From contig JAZKDJ010000001.1 of the NCBI GenBank assembly GCA_040387635.1, positions 243,851 to 307,850 of the forward strand: a DNA stretch of 64,000 nt. Reading direction: 5' to 3'. The notes under the pieces are model-generated. The model was not told the DNA's origin and ran no database searches. It was given only the letters and a program-made list of their open reading frames with translations. Within the stretch, counting starts at the first letter, position 1. Every line of letters begins with the position of its first letter. The translations under genes were made by a program, and so were the position numbers. Positions 36,905-44,871 of this stretch are shown here, in pieces. This DNA is from Patescibacteria group bacterium (GTDB lineage Bacteria > Patescibacteriota > Minisyncoccia > Phycocordibacterales > PALSA-1337).

Positions 36905-37639
36905 ATGATTTCCATCATTATAGTCACACACAACAGGCCTCAAAAGCTTCAGCGATGTCTCGACTCTATCGCGAAAAACATGCATTATCCTCACGAAATC
37001 AGTGTGATCAATAACTCTATTAATAACATCGGCCCCACCGCAGCTCGAAATAAGGGTGCGAGAGAAACTGCTGGAGAATGGCTTCTGTTCCTTGATGACG
37101 ATGCATGGATCGACCGCCTTCCTGCAGAAGAAATAATTCGCTATACAAAAGAGCACCCTGAGGTTGGTCTCATATCTCCTCGCCTGCTCAATCCTGATGG
37201 GACACTGCAGCCATCGATTCGATCCTTCCCTACTTCCTCAGCTTTAGCATGGAGAGGAACTTTCTTACACAAGCTATTCCCTAATGCTCCTTGGTACAAA
37301 AAATACATGGCGACCGACAAGCGAACAGACAAGACTGTGACCACAAAAATCGACTGGGCAATCAGTGCTTGCATCCTCGTATCGAGAAAAGCTTGGAACG
37401 ACGTAGGAGGGTTTGATGAAAAATATTTCTTCATGCACGAAGACACAGACTTTTGTTTTCGTCTGAAGCAGAAAGGATACGAGCGCATATACTGGCACGA
37501 TGCGACTGTTTATCATGACTATGCACGCACAAGCTCAAAACTATTCAACAGAAATTTTATTCACCACATCCGAGGAGCTCTCCGTGTTCTTGGCACAATG
37601 AAGCGCGAGATGCCCGAAGCGACGCGATCGTCGAAGTAA
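36905..37639 (+). CDS. Glycosyltransferase family 2 (only plus-strand gene inside the island)
   Basis: MISIIIVTHNRPQKLQRCLDSI...GPTAARNKGARETAGEWLLFLDDDAWI. Confidence 0.8.
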   Translation: MISIIIVTHNRPQKLQRCLDSIAKNMHYPHEISVINNSINNIGPTAARNKGARETAGEWLLFLDDDAWIDRLPAEEIIRYTKEHPEVGLISPRLLNPDGTLQPSIRSFPTSSALAWRGTFLHKLFPNAPWYKKYMATDKRTDKTVTTKIDWAISACILVSRKAWNDVGGFDEKYFFMHEDTDFCFRLKQKGYERIYWHDATVYHDYARTSSKLFNRNFIHHIRGALRVLGTMKREMPEATRSSK

Positions 37640-39317
37640 TCTCGTCCTTGAACTGATGCGTTGCGAACCAGCCTGTATTCGAAAAACTTTCATACCTTGG
37701 TAAAAATTCATCAATAACACTCAAAGCTCCAGCGTAATTACCAAGAGCCGTTTGTATCCTTACAAGCATGAGGAGTTGATCATGGCTGGCCGTAGGTGCG
37801 CAGTCTATAGAAGACCTGAGGGCCTGCGCAGACTCCTCGATCCTATCTAATATATTAAGCACAATGAATTCGTCATAATATGCTCTGGCATAGCACTCTC
37901 TTTTTGAATGAGCTCTCTTGATCGCGCCAAGCGCATCTTCTCCAATTCTAGGAATATTAGCCGCTGGTGCCTTGAGCATAATCTGAGTAAGTGCTTCTGC
38001 AGCAACAACATCCTGCGTTGCGCTAAATGGTAAAAACATCGCAGACACATCTACTAGTCGTAACGCTTCAACCGGATGAGTAGAAATCTTCTTCTGTGCC
38101 TGTTTTAAATAATAAGAAGATCCAGCATGAGCTAACGTAGCGAGCAGCAATATTCCTATACCAATAATCGCAAAACGTTTATTAAACACAGTTCCCTTTT
38201 CCAAAGACGCAGGCAATGCCATAAATCCAGCCAGACTACCAACAACAATCGATAAAACAATTACAATGAGCGCATACTCGAAATCAGCATCAACTAAAGA
38301 ATGAAACAGAACAGCAATCACAGAGAAAGCTGCTATTCCATAAAGACCATTGTCTATATACCTCTTAAGCACACTGACTGCCAAGCCGCCTATACCAAGT
38401 AATATCAAAAGACCCAGAATCATTCCTATCACGCCAGTCTCAACCAAAAGGTTAATGAGTGAATTATGCGAGTGTGCAGAATAGAATTCAAAGCTTCTTT
38501 TGGACTGCTTGAGTGCATCATCATACATCCCTGGTCCAACGCCCGTTATCAAATTCGAGCGAGCGAGTGTAATACCATCACGCATGTAATTCAAGCGTGC
38601 AGTAATTCCATTTTCAATTACAGTTTCTGTTGCGTATGGAGACAAGCTCGGTGTTGATTCAGATGTATAGGTTGGCGATGAAAGTATTGCTCCCCAGTAC
38701 AAACCAAATGACAAAATAACTCCGACAATAAAAACAGACACTGCGGTCACGCGAACTTTATGTCGGTCTAACAATAATTTCACTCCCCCATTTCTGCTAT
38801 GAATAATTACAAAGACTAACGCAGCAGCCGCCGTAGCCAGCCACATCCCTCGGGAGAACGTTAGAATGAATTGCGAGACGAGAATAGCCGCAGCTGTGCC
38901 ATACATCCACATCTTTAACTTATTTTCTTCCGCTGATTTTATCACATACCTCCATGCAGCAAGCATTGGAAAAATAAGAAAAGCAGCATACACGTTATGC
39001 GTATCAAAAAAACCTCTCATCCTAGGATACGACAGCATCTCAGGTTGAGAGTAAAATGTATAGATAGAAAAGAATGCCGCAATAACAGCAAGAACAATCA
39101 ACGCATGCACAAACACCTCCATCCATTGAGAACGGCTTCTCTGCAGGCAAAAGCCCAGCCAAGCTGCCACCACACACCAACACCAGATTCCTACCACCAC
39201 AAAAGAATTGTAGGGACTAATAGAGAAAAAACTCGACACCAAGAGCCACACCGTAAAAGGAATTGCCAAGATGCTAATAAGGAAACTCCATGAAACTTTT
39301 TGCTTCAACATACTCAC
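37557..39317 (-). CDS. Wzy_C / O-antigen-ligase-like polytopic membrane protein with C-terminal soluble helical (TPR-like) domain; candidate O-oligosaccharyltransferase
   Basis: 586 aa with at least 10 TM helices. The Wzy_C hallmarks are ILTFSRGMWLATAAA and YSAHSHNSLINLLVETGVIGM. About 180 aa of helical domain follow the last TM helix. Confidence 0.7.
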   Translation of the reverse strand: MSMLKQKVSWSFLISILAIPFTVWLLVSSFFSISPYNSFVVVGIWCWCVVAAWLGFCLQRSRSQWMEVFVHALIVLAVIAAFFSIYTFYSQPEMLSYPRMRGFFDTHNVYAAFLIFPMLAAWRYVIKSAEENKLKMWMYGTAAAILVSQFILTFSRGMWLATAAAALVFVIIHSRNGGVKLLLDRHKVRVTAVSVFIVGVILSFGLYWGAILSSPTYTSESTPSLSPYATETVIENGITARLNYMRDGITLARSNLITGVGPGMYDDALKQSKRSFEFYSAHSHNSLINLLVETGVIGMILGLLILLGIGGLAVSVLKRYIDNGLYGIAAFSVIAVLFHSLVDADFEYALIVIVLSIVVGSLAGFMALPASLEKGTVFNKRFAIIGIGILLLATLAHAGSSYYLKQAQKKISTHPVEALRLVDVSAMFLPFSATQDVVAAEALTQIMLKAPAANIPRIGEDALGAIKRAHSKRECYARAYYDEFIVLNILDRIEESAQALRSSIDCAPTASHDQLLMLVRIQTALGNYAGALSVIDEFLPRYESFSNTGWFATHQFKDEITSTIASLRASRASLCQEHGELLGCGE

Positions 39318-39335
39318 ATTATTTCATTATTGTTG

Positions 39336-39947
39336 TTAATAAGCACCTTTTGCTCGAAGTACAGCCACAACCGTCTTACACAAAATCTTGATGTCTAACC
39401 ATAGACTCATGTGCTCAACGTAATACAAATCAAGAGAGAGATTCTCACGGAGAGGAATATCTTTGCGACCAGACACCTGCCACAACCCAGTGAGACCTGG
39501 CAACACATCGAGCCTACGCCTCTCGTGTGCAGAATATGTCGCAACAAGGAATGGCATTTCAGGACGAGGTCCCACGAGTGACATGTCGCCCTTGAGCACA
39601 TTCCAAAATTGAGGTAATTCATCCAAGCTAGTAGCCCTTAGAAACATTCCGAGGCCAGTAATCCTGTCATCACCCGAATGCTTCGGAGAAACATCATACA
39701 GAGATGCATCATGTCTCATGGTTCGAATCTTATACATGGTAAACGGAACCCCACGAAGCCCTATCCTCTCCTGAGCAATAACGATCCTGCTTTTTCTTTT
39801 TTGCTGCCCAACACCCTTCTCTCCAAATGAATACACAATTACCACCAAACAAATGATGCAGAATAATGGAAGAAAAAAAATAATTAAAAAAACTGACAGC
39901 ACGATGTCCATGAGCCTTTTGATTTTTAAATAGGCCTTAGTTGGCAT
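39336..39947 (-). CDS. Small monotopic phosphoglycosyl transferase (bacterial sugar transferase family, PglC/WbaP C-terminal type)
   Basis: KRLMDIVLSVFLIIFFLPLF...RIGLRGVPFTMYKIRTM...DDRITGLGMFLRATSLDELPQFWNVLKGDMSLVGPRP. Confidence 0.9.
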   Translation of the reverse strand: MPTKAYLKIKRLMDIVLSVFLIIFFLPLFCIICLVVIVYSFGEKGVGQQKRKSRIVIAQERIGLRGVPFTMYKIRTMRHDASLYDVSPKHSGDDRITGLGMFLRATSLDELPQFWNVLKGDMSLVGPRPEMPFLVATYSAHERRRLDVLPGLTGLWQVSGRKDIPLRENLSLDLYYVEHMSLWLDIKILCKTVVAVLRAKGAY

Positions 39948-39965
39948 AAAAGAATTAACGAGCGA

Positions 39966-40991
39966 TTATTTCTCAATACTAAAGAAATCGTTTTGTGGAC
40001 CACCCAAGACTGACACAAAACTCATTTTGAGAGCGGACAGGCTGATATCTACCATACCAATACCGTAAGACAAATTTTTGTTCTTTCCAGAGAAAGCAGT
40101 AAAGAACGGAGCGTCGGCATCTTTCGTATTTATATCGTGAGGAGTCTTTCCACCAGTACCAATAATCGCAAGTATTGGTCCTATACCCTTTTTGTAACGA
40201 GAACCATCAGGCTTCACAATGCACGATGCATTCTTGGGATCAAGACATGTTAACTGATAGGTCCTCTCATATGTATGCGCGTGTCCTTGGACGATAAGAT
40301 CAACATCCTCGCGAAGCAACGTCTCAAACAACTCTTTTCGAATAGAACAGTCTTTAGACGAAATCGAAATGCAATTCTTGTGCATAACGGCAACTACCCA
40401 AGGTATTTTTGATTGCTTTGCCTCTCTGACTGTATTCACAAATAATGCGTACCTCTCTGATTCAACTTCATCATACATATAAACATCTTCCTCATCTCCG
40501 AATGTAAGATCAGGAGAAATAAGCACCACTCTCACAAGCGGACTTTCCTGAGGATAATCAAAATAGTATTCTTTTCCATAGTCACCGACAGAGTTCAACC
40601 TATCAGGAAGACATTCGCGAAAATATCCGATATATCCGTCTTCGCCATCGCTTTCATGATTGCCTGAAATAAGCTGGAATGGAATCTTTCCAATGATAGA
40701 TTTTACGTATGTACACCATTCTCTTTCATTAGCGGTCTGAGTATACGAAAAGTCACCAACCGCGATATGAAAATCAGGGTTGGCGGCCTTAACTTGTTTC
40801 AGAACTGCCCTAGTATTGTTATTAGCTCCATAGTCTCCCGCTGCAGTAAAGCGGACCGAGCCCGATTCCTTAGGCATAACTTCCGTAGGAGTGTCATGCA
40901 ATTTTTCATGTCCAACGAGTCCAAACATCGCTACTCCACATACCGCAAGAAATATAATGAGAGCTTGAAGTTCCTTGCGCTTATGCTTCAT
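39966..40991 (-). CDS. Membrane-anchored/secreted metallophosphoesterase (calcineurin-like, purple-acid-phosphatase-like)
   Basis: N-terminal TM helix, then FTAAGDYG...HIAVGDFSY...SGNHE...VAVMHK...QGHAHTYER metal-ligand motifs. The ATG lies 8 nt after the stop of pilin 2. Confidence 0.8.
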   Translation of the reverse strand: MKHKRKELQALIIFLAVCGVAMFGLVGHEKLHDTPTEVMPKESGSVRFTAAGDYGANNNTRAVLKQVKAANPDFHIAVGDFSYTQTANEREWCTYVKSIIGKIPFQLISGNHESDGEDGYIGYFRECLPDRLNSVGDYGKEYYFDYPQESPLVRVVLISPDLTFGDEEDVYMYDEVESERYALFVNTVREAKQSKIPWVVAVMHKNCISISSKDCSIRKELFETLLREDVDLIVQGHAHTYERTYQLTCLDPKNASCIVKPDGSRYKKGIGPILAIIGTGGKTPHDINTKDADAPFFTAFSGKNKNLSYGIGMVDISLSALKMSFVSVLGGPQNDFFSIEK

Positions 40992-40999
40992 ATGAATGA

Positions 41000-41443
41000 T
41001 TAATCACAGAGACCATCCGAAGGTGTCTCATCCGTCGTAGTTTTAAGTTTACCCGACGCATCTACACACCAATTACCTCCCCCACCTGGAAGCGTCACAT
41101 AGAGAGACCATTCCGTATCATTAGTTCCTGAAGGCTGATTGCTTCCACAACCAATTGATGTTGCACCGTCCGAAGCAATTTTGCTCAAGATGGCCTGAGA
41201 TCCTCCATCCAAAAATCCTCCTGTAGAACAATTCACAATGTTACCGTAGCTTCCGTACACATTGTAGTAGAGACCCATTTGTGTTCGCATCTGATACATA
41301 GATCCTTTAATTGCAGATACCCTTCCCTTAGTTCGCGCAGTACCTAGTGAAGCGAGAACCACTGATGACAACAAACCTATGATTGAAATTACTACGAGAA
41401 GCTCAATTAATGTAAAACCTTTTGATGCGGATGATGTATTCAT
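41000..41443 (-). CDS. Type IV pilin (second paralogue)
   Basis: From ATG 41443: MNTSSASKG|FTLIELLVVISIIGLLSSVVLASLGTARTKGR. The C-terminus is WCVDASGKLKTTTDETPSDGLCD. Confidence 0.85.
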   Translation of the reverse strand: MNTSSASKGFTLIELLVVISIIGLLSSVVLASLGTARTKGRVSAIKGSMYQMRTQMGLYYNVYGSYGNIVNCSTGGFLDGGSQAILSKIASDGATSIGCGSNQPSGTNDTEWSLYVTLPGGGGNWCVDASGKLKTTTDETPSDGLCD

Positions 41444-41500
41444 ATATTGTAAATGCGATGACTTGTCTATTATTCTACTACACATCCTGCAAAACAAAAG

Positions 41501-41534
41501 TCACAGTCTAACAAAAAACCACCCGAACTTCGGG
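41501..41534 (-). terminator. Rho-independent terminator/attenuator directly after the first pilin gene
   Basis: The ccacccg-aactt-cgggtgg stem is flanked by A6 and T6 runs, about 25 nt after the stop at 41556. Confidence 0.8.
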
Positions 41535-41555
41535 TGGTTTTTTATAACCTAACTA

Positions 41556-42020
41556 TTAGTCACACTTCGCTTCACCTGGGTTTGCTGCTGTAATACGTGT
41601 TCCCATGGTTGTTGTTGTAGCGTTTCCTGCACTATCAATACAGAATCGAGTTCCATCTCGAAGTACAGCCTCAACTGCCCACACAGAAGATGATGCAACA
41701 CACTTCAAAGCCTGGCCTGAAGCGCTCTGCGCCGCTGTGATTGCCTGGTTGATGTTCGGATCAGCAAAGATGCTTCCGGCTGTGTTTCCACATGCTATAA
41801 CGTTCGTAGCTCCGCCTGTGCTGTACACTAGACCGTTTGAGTCATACCAAAGCTCTGCCTGAGATCGAATACCGTTAAGGTTTGACTTGACCGCAGCGTC
41901 ATTTCCCTTATTTCGAGCAGTGTTAAGCGATGCCAATACAACTGATGACAAGATACCAATGATTGCGATCACAACAAGGAGCTCAATCAATGTAAAACCT
42001 CTGTTTGAAGAATATTTCAT
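41556..42020 (-). CDS. pilA: Type IV pilin, probable major pilin
   Basis: MKYSSNRG|FTLIELLVVIAIIGILSSVVLASLNTARNKGNDAAVKSNLNGIRSQAELWY. It has its own 140-nt upstream region and a terminator right after it. The C-terminus is FCIDSAGNATTTTMGTRITAANPGEAKCD. Confidence 0.8.
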   Translation of the reverse strand: MKYSSNRGFTLIELLVVIAIIGILSSVVLASLNTARNKGNDAAVKSNLNGIRSQAELWYDSNGLVYSTGGATNVIACGNTAGSIFADPNINQAITAAQSASGQALKCVASSSVWAVEAVLRDGTRFCIDSAGNATTTTMGTRITAANPGEAKCD

Positions 42021-42160
42021 ACTAATTACTAATTTATAATGGTTAACTTTAAATTAATTTAACCTCTTAGCGATAATTATACCCAATAACGCCCTGCCCA
42101 CGGTAATAATATGTGGATAACTACAAAAATACGGCTCAACTGCGTCGAAGAGAAAAAATA

Positions 42161-43369
42161 TTATTGAGCTGACGAAATATTGTAGATAGGAACGAGAACC
42201 GAAGCAAGGAGAAACGCGACACCAAGACCAAGGAGAACAATCATGAGCGGCTCAATAAGATCAACAAGAGCATCCACAGCTGTGGCAACTTCCCTACTAT
42301 AGAACTTCGCAAGGGTTTTAAGGATGGCGCCCAACTCTCCTGATTCTTCACCCACCTTGATCATCTGAATCATGATGCCCGGAATTTCCTTGCTGCTTGA
42401 GAGAGCCTCGGACACCGCCTTACCTGCCTTCACCGCCTCTGTGGCACCTGTAATTATCTCCTTAAAAATAACGTTGTTAATGACGTTTGACGTAAGCTCA
42501 AGCGCCCTGATCATAGGAATACCGGAAACAAGCATGGTGTTCATGTTATCTGCAAGTCGAGAAAGATACAGCTTTCTGAAGAGGTTACCGAGGTAAGGAA
42601 CTGAGAGGCGGAATGCATCAAAGGCCTTTTTACCACTAGGGGTTTTCACATACCTAACCAAAAGGTAGCCTGCAATTGCGACTGCAATAGCTACAAAGAT
42701 ACCGTAACTAACGAGACCATTACTTATCCCAAGCACAATCTTCGTATATATAGGAATGTCTTGTCCGGACTCAACGAGGATGGCACTAATCTTTGGAATA
42801 ACCACCACGAACATGAGGATCATCACGACAACGAATGTAAAGACAACGAACGACGGGTAGATGAGCGCACCGCGTGCTTTTGTTGTAAGTTCATATGTTC
42901 GATCTAAGTAATCTGCGAGATACACGAATGTCTCGTCGAGCTTACCAGATTCTTCGCCGGCCTTTACCATGGAAACATAGAAGTCAGAGAAAACCTGAGG
43001 GTGCTTAGTCATCGCACCAGAGATAGAGCTTCCCGCCTGGAGGTCGTCAGCAATAATAGCAAGCTTCGTACCCAATGCTTTGTTATCAGCCTCTGTAGAA
43101 AGAAGCCTGAAAATTCTAAGTGCCGAAACCTGTGCCTCGAAAAGCGTTGCAAGCTGTCTTGAGAGGATCACCACATCCTTGGTTGAGATCCTGTCGAAGA
43201 ACGAGACGTTAATATTAAGAAGGCCTTTCTTTGCGTCAGCATCCTTGATCGATGTTATGACAAGTCCCCTTCTCTGAAGAGAGGCGATCGCGACATCAGC
43301 GTTGATCGCTTCAATCGATCCTGTCTTTGGCGCTCCTGTTTGATCTACGGCTGAGTAATTAAAAAGCAT
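42161..43369 (-). CDS. pilC: Type IV pilus platform protein (GspF/PilC family)
   Basis: 402 aa with two T2SSF repeats (LSRQLATLFEAQVSALRIFRLL ; LSRLADNMNTMLVSGIPMIRAL) and 3 TM segments. Confidence 0.9.
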   Translation of the reverse strand: MLFNYSAVDQTGAPKTGSIEAINADVAIASLQRRGLVITSIKDADAKKGLLNINVSFFDRISTKDVVILSRQLATLFEAQVSALRIFRLLSTEADNKALGTKLAIIADDLQAGSSISGAMTKHPQVFSDFYVSMVKAGEESGKLDETFVYLADYLDRTYELTTKARGALIYPSFVVFTFVVVMILMFVVVIPKISAILVESGQDIPIYTKIVLGISNGLVSYGIFVAIAVAIAGYLLVRYVKTPSGKKAFDAFRLSVPYLGNLFRKLYLSRLADNMNTMLVSGIPMIRALELTSNVINNVIFKEIITGATEAVKAGKAVSEALSSSKEIPGIMIQMIKVGEESGELGAILKTLAKFYSREVATAVDALVDLIEPLMIVLLGLGVAFLLASVLVPIYNISSAQ

Positions 43370-43374
43370 GTTGG

Positions 43375-44436
43375 TTAGATAAGTCTTTCAAGGACCTTAG
43401 GATTGAGCGAATGCTGGAAGGCGTTTTCTACTGTAATCTCCCCTGTCCTCACTAGTTCGGCGAGCGATCGGTTCATATCGATCATACCCTCTCCTGAACT
43501 TGTTTCGATAACTGTATTAACTTCGTGAATTCTCTTCTCACGTATAAGGTTAGCAACAGCATTGTTAGCAATAAGAAGTTCATACGCCGGAACCAATCCT
43601 CCTGAAATTCTTGGGATAAGTCTCTGAGAGAAAATACCCGTGAGGCTTCCCGCGAGCTGCATTCGAATCTGATCCTGTTGTCCTGGTGGAAATGAGTCAA
43701 TAATACGATTGATCGTCTGCGCAGCGTTGTTGGTGTGGAGTGTTGAGAAAATAAGATGTCCTGTTTCGGCCGCTGTAACAGCTGTTGCCATTGTGTTTGT
43801 ATCTCTCATTTCACCAATAAGAGCTACGTTCACATCCTGTCGGAGCATGCTGATAAGTGCTGAATGAAAATCAATAGCATCAAAACGAACCTCTCTTTGG
43901 TCAATAATTGATTTCTTAGACTCATACACGTACTCAACAGGGTCTTCAATAGTGATGATGTGCTCTGACCTAGATTGATTGATCATCTCGAGCATGGTCG
44001 CAAGCGTTGTGGTTTTACCTTGTCCGATTGGACCCACTACAAGAAAGAATCCCTGTCGCTTACGAGTGAACGATTCAAGAATCTGAGGGAGAGCTAGCTC
44101 CTGAAGAGTCTTAATGTGTCGAGGAATAAGTCGAAGCGCAACAGATAGCTTACCCTGACGAAAGAAGACGTTACCTCGGAATCGAGCAATATTCTCAACG
44201 TTATAAGAAAAGTCTACATCTCTGTTCTTTTCGAGTAGCCCAAGATTTTCCTCATTAAGAAGGTTCTTCAGAATTCCCTTCATGTCATCATGAGACATGA
44301 CTGGACGCTTGATAAGTGGAAGGAGCTGTCCTGAAACTCTAATCAAAGGATATCTACCCTCGGCTATATGAAGGTCGGAAGCTCCCTCTTTAAGCACCAA
44401 GTCTACAAGTTCTCGAAGTTCTTTTGGATGGTCCAT
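43375..44436 (-). CDS. pilT: Type IV pilus retraction ATPase
   Basis: 353 aa. GASDLHI, Walker A GPIGQGKTTT, the Asp box, Walker B, AIGEMRD-like LIGEMRD and the His box TGHLIFSTLHTN are present. The size and C-terminus are PilT-like. Confidence 0.9.
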   Translation of the reverse strand: MDHPKELRELVDLVLKEGASDLHIAEGRYPLIRVSGQLLPLIKRPVMSHDDMKGILKNLLNEENLGLLEKNRDVDFSYNVENIARFRGNVFFRQGKLSVALRLIPRHIKTLQELALPQILESFTRKRQGFFLVVGPIGQGKTTTLATMLEMINQSRSEHIITIEDPVEYVYESKKSIIDQREVRFDAIDFHSALISMLRQDVNVALIGEMRDTNTMATAVTAAETGHLIFSTLHTNNAAQTINRIIDSFPPGQQDQIRMQLAGSLTGIFSQRLIPRISGGLVPAYELLIANNAVANLIREKRIHEVNTVIETSSGEGMIDMNRSLAELVRTGEITVENAFQHSLNPKVLERLI

Positions 44437-44439
44437 ATA

Positions 44440-44859
44440 TTATGAGTTCTTTTTAGGGCTCTTATGCTCGGTCACTTTGTTATAAATACTTTGAACTTCA
44501 GCAAGCACTTCCGAAGGAATGGTCATTGCCTTAACGATGTATCCATCAACCTCCAATTTTTTTGCTCTTTCGATATCATCAGCAAGTCCTTGGTTGGTAA
44601 GCATGATGATTACCGTAGAAGGAACTAGCTTTTCTTTTCGGATCTGGGCCAAGAGATCGAGACCGTCCATACCAGGCATGATCACGTCGAGAAGCAGAAT
44701 GTCTGGAGTCATACCATCACGTAGTTTTTTCAAAGCATCATCAGCGTCGAATGAATGCTGTACGTCGAAACCGTTCTTCGAGAATTTAAGCGAATACATG
44801 TCAATGAGGAACTTGTCATCATCAACGAGGAAGAGCGTGGGTTTTTTAGTTTCAGCCAT
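44440..44859 (-). CDS. Stand-alone response-regulator receiver domain (CheY/PilH-like)
   Basis: 139 aa. LFLVDDDKFL...DILLLDVIMPGMDGLDLL...IIMLTNQG...K covers the acidic pocket, phospho-acceptor Asp, and conserved Thr and Lys. Confidence 0.85.
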   Translation of the reverse strand: MAETKKPTLFLVDDDKFLIDMYSLKFSKNGFDVQHSFDADDALKKLRDGMTPDILLLDVIMPGMDGLDLLAQIRKEKLVPSTVIIMLTNQGLADDIERAKKLEVDGYIVKAMTIPSEVLAEVQSIYNKVTEHKSPKKNS

Positions 44860-44871
44860 AAAAATATTATA

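Noticed and set aside
36863-37156. 5' extension of the ABC-2 permease ORF (the track gives 36050..37156)
   Set aside because: The extension has no similarity to Wzm/TagG N-termini and runs antisense through the well-supported divergent GT2 gene. The internal ATG at 36862 gives a normal-length permease.
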